A stretch of 64,000 nt of DNA. Source: Candidatus Latescibacterota bacterium (GTDB taxonomy: Bacteria > Latescibacterota > UBA2968 > GCA-2709665). The notes below the pieces were generated by a model, which saw only the letters and a list, made by a program, of their open reading frames with translations, did not search any database and had not been told where the DNA came from. The position numbers and the translations under genes were made by a program. The DNA lies in contig OZ241917.1 in NCBI GenBank assembly GCA_965203805.1, positions 5,696,001 through 5,760,000 on the forward strand, in the 5' to 3' direction. The stretch's first letter is position 1. Every line of letters begins with the position of its first letter. Of this stretch, positions 9,191-18,058 are shown in pieces.

Positions 9191-9835
9191 ATGAACCAGA
9201 CCGATACCCACAACCGGTTGCTCGACGCTGCCGAACATCTGTTTGCGGAACACGGGATCGCGGCCACGTCCCTGCGGGCCATCACCTCGGAGGCGCCGGC
9301 CAACCTGGCGTCAATCCACTATCACTTCGGGTCCAGGGAAGCGCTGGTCGAAGCCGTCTTCGCCCGGCGGCTCAAACCGCTCAACCGGGAGCGGTGCCGC
9401 CTTCTCGACCTGGAAGAAGCCGCCGCCGACGGCCCGCCTCCCGTCGAAGCCATCGTTTACGCCTTCGTTGCGCCCGCATTGCGGCTCGCACACGATCCCG
9501 ACGGCGGCGGCGAGCATTTCACGTGTCTCATGGGGAGGCTGTATTCGGAACCCGGAGACCTGGCGTACAAAATCATCAAGCAATTCGAGGAGGTCTTCCT
9601 TCGATTTACCGCGGCGCTGTCCCGAAGCCTGCCCCACCTGTCCCGGGCCGATCTGCTGTGGAGGTTCTTTTTCATGGTCGGCAGCATGAGCATGCCGCTG
9701 ATGGGCAGGCACATCATCCCGCGCAGGACCGACGGGCTGTGCGATCCGTCCGACGTCGAAAACAACATCAAACGCCTCGTGGCGTTTCTCGCGGCGGGAC
9801 TCCGAGCCGCCGCCCACAACGGAGACACAACTTGA
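9191..9835 (+). CDS. TetR/AcrR family regulator (PsrA-like)
   Basis: RLLDAAEHLFAEHG...TSLRAIT..A.ANLASIHYHFGSREAL HTH motif. Confidence 0.92.
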   Translation: MNQTDTHNRLLDAAEHLFAEHGIAATSLRAITSEAPANLASIHYHFGSREALVEAVFARRLKPLNRERCRLLDLEEAAADGPPPVEAIVYAFVAPALRLAHDPDGGGEHFTCLMGRLYSEPGDLAYKIIKQFEEVFLRFTAALSRSLPHLSRADLLWRFFFMVGSMSMPLMGRHIIPRRTDGLCDPSDVENNIKRLVAFLAAGLRAAAHNGDTT

Positions 9836-11274
9836 GAACCGTTCTGTCCATTCTCTCGCTGGCAGTGGCGGCCTGTGCCTCGGCGCCGGGGGTGAACCCC
9901 CCGGATGTCGACGTGACGCTTCCGGAGGGCTGGTCCGCGGGACCCGCCGGGACGGCGCCGGCGGACACGCTGTGGTGGCGTGCATTCAACGACGAGACCC
10001 TTACCGGACTGGTTGCAGACGCACTCGCGAGAAACCACAATCTTCAGGTCTCCGCCGCCAGGGTACGCGCCGCCGCGGCTCGCGCAAGGATCGCGGGGGC
10101 CCCGCTCTATCCCGATGCCGGAGGCCGGGCCAGCGGGTCCAGGAGGAAACAGAACTTCATCGGTCTGCCCATCCCCGGATCCGGAAACGGCGTCCTGACT
10201 TCCACCTCGAGCAATTTCGGCCTTTCACTCGACGTTTCGTGGGAACTCGATCTCTGGAACCGGCTGGGAGCCGGTGCGTCAGCGGCGCTGGCCGACGTGG
10301 AGGCGGCGCGCGCGGACCACAACGGCGCGCGACTCTCGCTGGCAGGGCAGACCGTCAAGGCCTGGTTCGCCGCGGTGGAGGCGCGCAGGCAGGTCGAACT
10401 CTCGGAAGCCACGGTTGAGAATTTCAGGACGTCCAGCGAGGTCGTGCGGGAACGGTACCGGCGCGGCCTGAGGCATGCACTGGACCTCCGGCGCGCGCTG
10501 TCGAGCCTTGCCGGGGCCGAAGCCGTACTCCAGCAACACCGGCTTGTATTCGGCGCAACCTGCCGCCAGCTGGAAGTACTCCTGGGCAGGTATCCCGCCG
10601 CCGCCCTCAGGCCGGGCGTAACCCTGCCGGAACTCCCGGCGGCGATTCCCGCCGGCCTTCCCGCCGATCTTGTGGCGCGGCGGCCTGACCTCGTCGCGGC
10701 GGAACGCAGACTGGCCGCATCCTACGCCCGGTACACGCAGGCCAGGCGGGCGCTCTATCCGCGCATCAGCCTGACGGGCTCCGCAGGCACGTCCACCAGG
10801 GACCTCGAGAGTCTGCTCGACGGCGACTTCAGCGTCTGGAATCTGGCCGGCAACATCCTGCAGCCTCTCTTCCAGGGCGGACGAATCAGGGGCGGCATTC
10901 AGTTGGCCGCCTCGCAATCCGAGCAGGCCGTCTCCGCGTACGTTCAGAGCGTCCTGGCGGCCTATGCCGAAGTCGAGACCGCGCTCGCGGCGGAGACGCT
11001 CCTGGCGAAAAGACAGGCGGCACTGGAAACCGCAACCGAACAGGCCCTCGCCGCGCGCCGTCTCGCCGAAGACCGGTACGCCGGCGGGCTCGCGGACCTG
11101 AACACCATGCTCGATGCCCAGCGCGGGGCCTACGCGTCAGAGAGCCAGCTCATCGCCGTACGCCGGCAGCGCCTGGAGAACCGTGTCAACCTGCATCTCG
11201 CCCTGGGCGGGGGCTTCGGGGATTCCACCAGGATGGTTTCAACGACGTCGATAACGCAAACGGAAGGACTGTAG
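9832..11274 (+). CDS. RND outer-membrane factor lipoprotein (OprM/NodT type)
   Basis: TTG 9832 overlaps the tetR stop; lipobox VAAC; WWRAFND, SWELDLW, PADLVARRPDL, ALGGGF. Confidence 0.9.
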   Translation: MRTVLSILSLAVAACASAPGVNPPDVDVTLPEGWSAGPAGTAPADTLWWRAFNDETLTGLVADALARNHNLQVSAARVRAAAARARIAGAPLYPDAGGRASGSRRKQNFIGLPIPGSGNGVLTSTSSNFGLSLDVSWELDLWNRLGAGASAALADVEAARADHNGARLSLAGQTVKAWFAAVEARRQVELSEATVENFRTSSEVVRERYRRGLRHALDLRRALSSLAGAEAVLQQHRLVFGATCRQLEVLLGRYPAAALRPGVTLPELPAAIPAGLPADLVARRPDLVAAERRLAASYARYTQARRALYPRISLTGSAGTSTRDLESLLDGDFSVWNLAGNILQPLFQGGRIRGGIQLAASQSEQAVSAYVQSVLAAYAEVETALAAETLLAKRQAALETATEQALAARRLAEDRYAGGLADLNTMLDAQRGAYASESQLIAVRRQRLENRVNLHLALGGGFGDSTRMVSTTSITQTEGL

Positions 11275-11277
11275 AAC

Positions 11278-12549
11278 ATGAGCATAAAGCCCTTGCAAAG
11301 CAGGCATCCGGAAAGGCCGCGCCTCTTCGCACGTATCTGGCGCTGGATTCGACGGCATCCGAAGGCGTTGCTCCCGCCGGCGGTGATTTCGTTCGGAGGT
11401 CTCTGCGCGTACGTCCTGATCGTCACACGGTCCGAGGTCGCGTTGGCGCCTCCGGAGACACCGCCACCTCTGGTACGGGCGATGCCCGTCGAAATCCAGG
11501 ATGTACAACTCGCATTGCAAGCCCAGGGCACCGTTGCCCCGCGTACCAAGACCAGCCTTGTGTCGCAGGTTGCAGGCCAGATCATCTCGGTCTCTCCCGC
11601 GTTTGCCAACGGAGGCTTCTTCAGAGCCGGTGACGTTCTGCTCGCCGTCGATCCGCGCGACTACGAACTCGCGGTGGACCGGGCCCGGGCCGTGGTCGCG
11701 CAGGCCGAGGTACGGTTGGCGCGGGAGAAGGAAGAAGCCGACCTGGCCAGGCAGGAATGGCAGCGCCTGGGCAACGGCGAAGCCACGGACCTGGCCCTCC
11801 GAAAACCCCAGCTGGCCGACGCCCGGGCCGCCCTCCAGGCCGCGCGGGCATCCCGGGAGCAGGCACGGCTCGCACTCGAGCGGACCCGCATCCGGGCGCC
11901 CTACGAAGGGCGGGTGCTGTCCAAGATCGTGGACCTGGGGCAGTACGTCAATCCCGGCGCTCCCGTCGCCCGCATCTACGCCGTGGACTATGCCGAGATC
12001 CGCCTGCCTGTGCCGCACGAGCAACTTGCCTATCTGGACCTGGTCTACAACGCTCGCAGCGAACTCGCGCCGGCCTCCCGCCCGAAAGCCCGGGTTCATG
12101 CGGATTTCGCCGGGGCGCCGCACACATGGAACGGCGAAATCGTTCGCATCGAAGGGGAGATTGACGCCCGCACGCGCATGGTCAATCTGGTCGCGCGCGT
12201 CGACGCGCCGTACGACCGGGGCGATGACAAGAGCCGCGCTCCCCTGTTCGCCGGGCTTTTTGTCGAGGTGGAAGTCCTTGGGCGCGTCGCCAGGGACATC
12301 GCGGTGATTCCTCGCACGGCCCTGAGGGGCGCCAACCAGGTCCTTGTGATCGACGACGACGACCGTCTGCGTTTTCGTCAGGTCGATCTGTTGAGGCTCG
12401 AAGCGGAGAACGCCCTCATCCGGTCCGGCCTCGCCGGAGGGGAACGGGTCTGCATCTCCACGCTGGATGCCGTCGTGGAGGGCATGCAGGTGCGCATCCT
12501 CGCCCCGGAGAACGAGGCCGCGACCCGATCTGAAGGAGGCGCCGGATGA
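11278..12549 (+). CDS. RND periplasmic adaptor (MFP)
   Basis: N-terminal TM; lipoyl half-motifs VSQVAGQI and TRIRAPYEGRV; alpha-hairpin; VIPRTAL. Confidence 0.92.
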   Translation: MSIKPLQSRHPERPRLFARIWRWIRRHPKALLPPAVISFGGLCAYVLIVTRSEVALAPPETPPPLVRAMPVEIQDVQLALQAQGTVAPRTKTSLVSQVAGQIISVSPAFANGGFFRAGDVLLAVDPRDYELAVDRARAVVAQAEVRLAREKEEADLARQEWQRLGNGEATDLALRKPQLADARAALQAARASREQARLALERTRIRAPYEGRVLSKIVDLGQYVNPGAPVARIYAVDYAEIRLPVPHEQLAYLDLVYNARSELAPASRPKARVHADFAGAPHTWNGEIVRIEGEIDARTRMVNLVARVDAPYDRGDDKSRAPLFAGLFVEVEVLGRVARDIAVIPRTALRGANQVLVIDDDDRLRFRQVDLLRLEAENALIRSGLAGGERVCISTLDAVVEGMQVRILAPENEAATRSEGGAG

Positions 12550-15500
12550 ATCGCGCAATTGCCTGGTTCGCCGAAAACAGCGTCGCGGCCAATCTGCTCA
12601 TGGTCGTTATCCTGGCCAGCGGCCTGCTCACGATCGGCAGCATCGAAGTTGAGACCTTTCCTGAAATCGCGGCCGATGTCATTTCGGTCTCGGTAGTCTA
12701 TCGCGGGGCAGCGCCGGAGGAGGTTGAAGAAGCCGTCTGCGTGCGGGTCGAAGAGGCCGTCCAGAGCCTGGAAGGCATCAAACGCATCCGTTCGACAGCT
12801 TCTGAGAATCGAGGCAGCGTCAACATTGAGCTTGTGCCGGGCGCGGATGCCCGGAAACTCCTGGAGGACGTCAAGTCCGCCGTCGACGCCATCGACACGT
12901 TTCCGGATGAAACCGAACAACCCGTCATCCAGGAAGTCGTGATTCGCCGCCAGGTGATCAACGTGGCCGTCTCGGGCGACGCCGACGAGGCCACCCTGAA
13001 ATTTCTGGGTGAACAGGTCCGGGACGAAATCACCGCGATCCCTGGTGTCACCCAGGCGGAACTGAGCGGGGCGCGTCCGTACGAGGTCTCCATTGAAGTC
13101 TCGGAAGCCGCGCTCCGGCGTTTCAGCCTGACCTTCGACGAAGTCGTCAGGGCGGTACGCCGTTCTTCACTTGATCTCCCCGGCGGCGCCATCAAGACGG
13201 AAGGCGGCGAAATCCTGCTGCGAACAAAAGGTCAGGCCTACCGGGGCACGGCCTTTGAGAACATCACGCTGCGAACCCGTCCGGATGGCGCTGCGCTCAC
13301 CGTGGGGGACGTGGCCACGGTCGTGGACGGATTCGCCGACGCGGATCTCTCCAGCCGTTTCGACCGGGAGCCAGGCGTGATTGTACGGGTCTTCCGGGTC
13401 GGCGACCAGGACGCGCTCGACATCTCCCGGAGAGTCAAGGAGTACGTCAAATCCGCTGAATCACGCATGCCAGAGGGCATTTCACTGACCATCTACGCGG
13501 ATTTCTCCAGGATTCTCGAAGGCCGCCTGAACCTGATGCTGAAAAACGGCCGCGGGGGTTTCATCCTCGTTCTCGTCATCTTGGCGCTGTTCCTGAGGCT
13601 TCGCCTGGCCTTCTGGATCGCTCTGGGTATTCCCATTTCGTTCCTCGGCGCCATATGGATGATGCCCGCCGTGGACGCGTCAATCAACGTGATTTCGCTC
13701 TTCGCGTTTATCGTCGTGCTCGGAATCGTCGTCGACGACGCCATTATCGTCGGTGAAAACATCTACCGTCGGTTTCAGATGGGCGAGCACGGCCTCCGCG
13801 GCGCCATCGCCGGCGCACAGGAGGTCGCGGTGCCGGTCACCTTTGCGGTGATGACCTCAATTGCCGCGTTTTCGCCCCTCCTGATGGTTCCCGGCAACTC
13901 CGGTAAGATCATGAGATTGATTCCGGAGATTGTTATCCTGACGCTGATTTTCTCGCTGGTGGAATCCCTGCTGATCCTGCCCGCCCACCTTGCGCACGCC
14001 AGGCTGCGAGGCCGCAAAAAAACAACCAGCCGTATCGGCGGGACCTTGAGACGGTTTAGAAACGGCTTTTTGTCCCGCCTGGATTGGATCATCCACCAGG
14101 TCTACCGGCCGTTTCTCGAACGATGCCTGGAGTGGCGTTACCTCACCATCGCGGTGGGCGTGGCCGTCCTGATGTTCAGCGCCGGGCTTATTGGCGGCGG
14201 GTGGATACGCTTCTCGTTCTTCCCCCAGGTCCCCGCCGACAACGTGGCAGCGATTCTGACCATGCCCCAGGGAACTCCGGCCGAGATCACCGCCCGTGCA
14301 GTCCGCCACCTGGAATCATCCGCATTCCAGATTGAAGACGAACTGGAATCGCAGTACAATCAGGAAGTCTTCACGCACATGCTCGCCGTGGTGGGTGACC
14401 AGCCGCTGCGTAGCGTGCAGCGACAGAACACGGGCAGTAATTCCTTTATCTCCGGCGGCCATCTGGGCGAGGTCAATATCGAACTCACGCCGGCCGAGGA
14501 GCGAAGCATCAGTAGCGTCGAAATTGCGAGACGATGGCGCGAACTGACCGGTCCCATCCCCGATGCCACAGAGTTGACGTACACGTCGTCCCTTTTTTCG
14601 GCCGGGGATCCCATAAACATTCAGCTTACGGGACCCGACTACGTCGAACTCCGGGCCGCCGCGGAGAAACTCAAGAGCAAGCTGGCCGAGTACCCGGGCG
14701 TTCAGGATATCGCCGACTCGTTTCGCCCCGGGAAGAAGGAAGTCAAACTTTCTTTGACTCGTGAGGCCCGCCTCCTTGGCATTACCATTTCAGACCTGGC
14801 GCGACAGGTGCGCCAGGCATTCTACGGCGAAGAAGCACAACGCATCCAACGGGGTCGGGACGACGTCCGCGTGATGGTGCGATATCCGGAACCCGAACGG
14901 CGATCGTTGAACAATCTGGAAACCATGCGTATTCGAACGCCGGAGGGCGCCGAGGTACCGTTCTCGGTCGCCGCTCGAACCGAACCGGGCAGGGGATACG
15001 CGGCCATCAACCGTACGGACCGTCAGCGCGTCGTAACCGTGACGGCCGACGTCGACCAGAACAGAGCCAACACCAATGAGATCATCGGCGACGTCACCAC
15101 ACACGTGCTGCCGGCCATCGTCGCGGACCACCCACGCATCCGCTACACTCTGGAAGGTGAACAGAGGGAGCAGCAGGAGTCCGTCTCGGGTCTTGTGCGG
15201 AGCTTCGGTATTGCATTGATCGTCATTTTCGGCCTGCTCGCGATCCCGTTTCGTTCCTACCTGCAGCCGCTCATTATCATGGCCATCATTCCATTCGGTT
15301 TCGTAGGCGCGGTCTGGGGTCACGTCATTATGGGTCTGAACCTTACCATCCTGTCTCTGTTCGGTCTCGTTGCGTTATCCGGCGTGGTCATCAACGACAG
15401 CCTGGTATTGGTACATTTTATCAACCGCAGACGCGCGGAAGGCAAGCGCCTGAACCACGCCATCCGTGAAGCAGGGGCCGCGCGCTTCCGTCCCATCGTC

Positions 15501-15746
15501 CTCACCTCATTAACTACCTTCGGCGGTTTGACGCCACTACTCTTCGAGACCAGCCTTCAGGCTCAATTCCTCATCCCGATGGCGACCTCGCTGGGCTTCG
15601 GCGTCATTTTCGGTACGGCGGTCATCCTGATTCTCGTTCCGGTCACCTATGCCATCCTGGAAGACATCAGGCACGGCGTCGTGGGGCTGTTCCGCCGTCA
15701 GCCGGCCGCCGAACCGGAAGCCGCGCCCCGTCCCGCGGATGATTGA
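12546..15746 (+). CDS. RND efflux permease (AcrB/AcrD/AcrF family)
   Basis: 1066 aa; LGIVVDDAIIVGEN, RFRPIVLTSLTT. Confidence 0.95.
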   Translation: MNRAIAWFAENSVAANLLMVVILASGLLTIGSIEVETFPEIAADVISVSVVYRGAAPEEVEEAVCVRVEEAVQSLEGIKRIRSTASENRGSVNIELVPGADARKLLEDVKSAVDAIDTFPDETEQPVIQEVVIRRQVINVAVSGDADEATLKFLGEQVRDEITAIPGVTQAELSGARPYEVSIEVSEAALRRFSLTFDEVVRAVRRSSLDLPGGAIKTEGGEILLRTKGQAYRGTAFENITLRTRPDGAALTVGDVATVVDGFADADLSSRFDREPGVIVRVFRVGDQDALDISRRVKEYVKSAESRMPEGISLTIYADFSRILEGRLNLMLKNGRGGFILVLVILALFLRLRLAFWIALGIPISFLGAIWMMPAVDASINVISLFAFIVVLGIVVDDAIIVGENIYRRFQMGEHGLRGAIAGAQEVAVPVTFAVMTSIAAFSPLLMVPGNSGKIMRLIPEIVILTLIFSLVESLLILPAHLAHARLRGRKKTTSRIGGTLRRFRNGFLSRLDWIIHQVYRPFLERCLEWRYLTIAVGVAVLMFSAGLIGGGWIRFSFFPQVPADNVAAILTMPQGTPAEITARAVRHLESSAFQIEDELESQYNQEVFTHMLAVVGDQPLRSVQRQNTGSNSFISGGHLGEVNIELTPAEERSISSVEIARRWRELTGPIPDATELTYTSSLFSAGDPINIQLTGPDYVELRAAAEKLKSKLAEYPGVQDIADSFRPGKKEVKLSLTREARLLGITISDLARQVRQAFYGEEAQRIQRGRDDVRVMVRYPEPERRSLNNLETMRIRTPEGAEVPFSVAARTEPGRGYAAINRTDRQRVVTVTADVDQNRANTNEIIGDVTTHVLPAIVADHPRIRYTLEGEQREQQESVSGLVRSFGIALIVIFGLLAIPFRSYLQPLIIMAIIPFGFVGAVWGHVIMGLNLTILSLFGLVALSGVVINDSLVLVHFINRRRAEGKRLNHAIREAGAARFRPIVLTSLTTFGGLTPLLFETSLQAQFLIPMATSLGFGVIFGTAVILILVPVTYAILEDIRHGVVGLFRRQPAAEPEAAPRPADD

Positions 15747-15787
15747 TACGGGATTCCCGCGTCAATGGAGAGTCGACGGACCAGGGT

Positions 15788-15851
15788 TTGACAATTTTGC
15801 AGTCAATTGCAAATTTGTCTTGACATTTTTGCAGTTTAGTGCAAATTTGTC
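15788..15851. repeat. Two tandem 32-bp palindromic repeats upstream of the AAA ATPase
   Basis: TTGACAATTTTGCAGTCAATTGCAAATTTGTC / TTGACATTTTTGCAGTTTAGTGCAAATTTGTC, 28/32 identical, each an internal inverted repeat. Confidence 0.85.
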
Positions 15852-15853
15852 AT

Positions 15854-17038
15854 ATGGGCGACCTGATTTCCAGATACCTCGAATCCGCAGCGACGGAAGA
15901 CCTGAATTCGAGGATGGTCTTTGTCGCAGGGCCGCGGCAGGTAGGGAAAACCACACTCGCCACGCTGTTGTCACGGCGCCATTCAAAGAGCGTTTACCTG
16001 AACTGGGACAATCGAACCCATCGGGAGAGGATTCTGCGAGAGGAATGGGATCCCGACAGCCAGATTCTCGTCTTCGACGAACTCCACAAGTACGATCGAT
16101 GGAAAGGACTGATCAAGGGCATCTGGGACACAAGAGGGAACAATGAACGGATTATCGTAACCGGGAGCTCGAGGCTGGACACCTATCGTCGAGGCGGCGA
16201 CTCGCTCCTGGGAAGATACCACCTGTACCGGCTCCACCCATTCACCGCAGCCGAACTTGAGGGCGGCTGGAATGAAAACGATAACGCTGAACCCTATGAA
16301 CTGACATTCGGAACCGCCCGCCCGGACAACGTCCGGCATTTGATGGCGTTCGGTGGTTTTCCCGAGCCCTGCCTCACGGGCCGCACGCGCACACACCGCC
16401 GGTGGCTTCGCGGACGTTTCGAACGGGTCTTCAGAGAAGACATTCGAGACACGACAGTTGTCCGGTCGCTCTCACAGATCGAACTGCTTGGCGCGATGAT
16501 GCCGAAACGCGTCGGTTCTCCGCTTTCGCTGAATGCAATATCCGAAGACCTCGAAGTCAGCCCGCACACGGTTCGAAACTGGGTCGACCTGCTATGCCGG
16601 AATTACTACACCTATGGTGTCGCCCCATATCACCGAGGCATCGAACGGGCCGTGAAGAAATCCGCCAAATACTATCTGTGGGACTGGTCGGAGGTGTACG
16701 ATGAAGGGACCAGATTCGAGAATCTCATCGCCTCCCATCTCCTTAAGTTCTGCCACTTCCTACGGGATGCCAACGGGATAAACACGGATTTGCGGTTTTT
16801 GCGGGACCGTGAGAAACGTGAAGTGGACTTCGTGGTTCTGTGGGATGAAAGACCGTGGTTCCTGGTCGAGTGCAAGTTGACCGCACCCCGAAACCACGGG
16901 CACCTCGTCCGTTTTGCCGATCTGCTGAACGTCAGGCAGCGATATGTCGTCGCGTTGTCCGAGAGAGACGACTACCTGGACCGCCGAACGGGCGTCCGCG
17001 TGCTGCCCGCGTCCAGGTTTCTGACGGCATTTCCGTAG
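15854..17038 (+). CDS. AAA_14 ATPase with DUF4143 (COG1373-type)
   Basis: Walker A GPRQVGKT, Walker B VFDELH, TGSS, GGFPE, C-terminal REVDFVV...VECK nuclease-like motif. Confidence 0.9.
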   Translation: MGDLISRYLESAATEDLNSRMVFVAGPRQVGKTTLATLLSRRHSKSVYLNWDNRTHRERILREEWDPDSQILVFDELHKYDRWKGLIKGIWDTRGNNERIIVTGSSRLDTYRRGGDSLLGRYHLYRLHPFTAAELEGGWNENDNAEPYELTFGTARPDNVRHLMAFGGFPEPCLTGRTRTHRRWLRGRFERVFREDIRDTTVVRSLSQIELLGAMMPKRVGSPLSLNAISEDLEVSPHTVRNWVDLLCRNYYTYGVAPYHRGIERAVKKSAKYYLWDWSEVYDEGTRFENLIASHLLKFCHFLRDANGINTDLRFLRDREKREVDFVVLWDERPWFLVECKLTAPRNHGHLVRFADLLNVRQRYVVALSERDDYLDRRTGVRVLPASRFLTAFP

Positions 17039-17078
17039 AAAACCGCTGATGCGGCGCGTTGTACCGCTGGCGATCGGC

Positions 17079-17867
17079 TTACAGAAGCGATCTGACGAAA
17101 CCACCGTCCACCTGCAGCGACGTGCCGGTGATGTAGCTCGACCGCTTTGACGCCAGAAAGACAACGTAGTCGGACAGCTCCCGCACGGTCCCCAGGCGGC
17201 CCAGCGGGATTTCGTCGGCCAGCGGGCGCATGGCTTCCTGAACGGAGATACCCTCTGCCCGGGCGGTTTCTTCGAACTCCTCCCGCAATAATTCGGTGTC
17301 GATAAACCCGGTGCACACGTTGTTCACCAGAATTCCGTCGCGCGCGTGTTCGTTTGCGAGGGTCTTCGCCGCGCCCGCAACCGCGGTCCGCAACACGTTG
17401 GAGACCGTGTTACCCGCCGGTTGCCTGACCGCAAATGCGCACAGGTTGATGATCCTCCCGCCACCCCGCGACTGCATCAGCGGAATGGCGCGCCTGCACA
17501 TCCGGAGTACGTAATTCAGGATCAGATCCGTGTATTCGCCCCACATCTCTTCCGTCACCTGCGCGAACGGGACGGCGGGCGGGCCTCCGGAGTTGTTCAC
17601 GAGAATGTCGATTCCGCCAAACGCGTCAACAGTCTCCCGCGTCAGTCGATCCACGGTTTCCTCAGTCGAAAGGTCGCCTGCAACGGTGAGCACGTCCGAA
17701 CCCGTCGCGGACCTGATCTCCGCGGCGGCCGCCTCCAGCCGTCGCTCGTTCCTCGCGCACACGGCCACCCGCGCCCCTTCCCGTGCGAGGGCCATGGCGC
17801 ATCCCTTTCCCAGTCCGCGGCTTGCGCCCCCGACGATCGCCACCTTGTCCGTCAATCCCATGTCCAT
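17079..17867 (-). CDS. SDR family oxidoreductase (atypical, SNxxR active-site variant)
   Basis: GASRGLG, NNSGGP, SNVLR in place of YxxxK, GRLG, ITGTSLQVDGG. Confidence 0.9.
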   Translation of the reverse strand: MDMGLTDKVAIVGGASRGLGKGCAMALAREGARVAVCARNERRLEAAAAEIRSATGSDVLTVAGDLSTEETVDRLTRETVDAFGGIDILVNNSGGPPAVPFAQVTEEMWGEYTDLILNYVLRMCRRAIPLMQSRGGGRIINLCAFAVRQPAGNTVSNVLRTAVAGAAKTLANEHARDGILVNNVCTGFIDTELLREEFEETARAEGISVQEAMRPLADEIPLGRLGTVRELSDYVVFLASKRSSYITGTSLQVDGGFVRSLL

Positions 17868-18058
17868 CTGAAGACCTCCCCTCCGTTAAACGTGACACCC
17901 GTCTCCGGTCTGCCCCTGCGTACGTTTCGGGCATCCGACATCCGCATTTTCATTGACATTCGTTTCCTCGGCGCGCATGATACCGGCCCGGACCACTGGC
18001 GTGGTCCCGTCAACCGCACATCGTCTGCGCAGTCGGCGAAGGGCAAAGGAGTTCACGC

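Noticed and set aside
15788-15851. 32-bp direct repeats as a CRISPR array
   Set aside because: Only two directly abutting units, no spacer and no cas genes.
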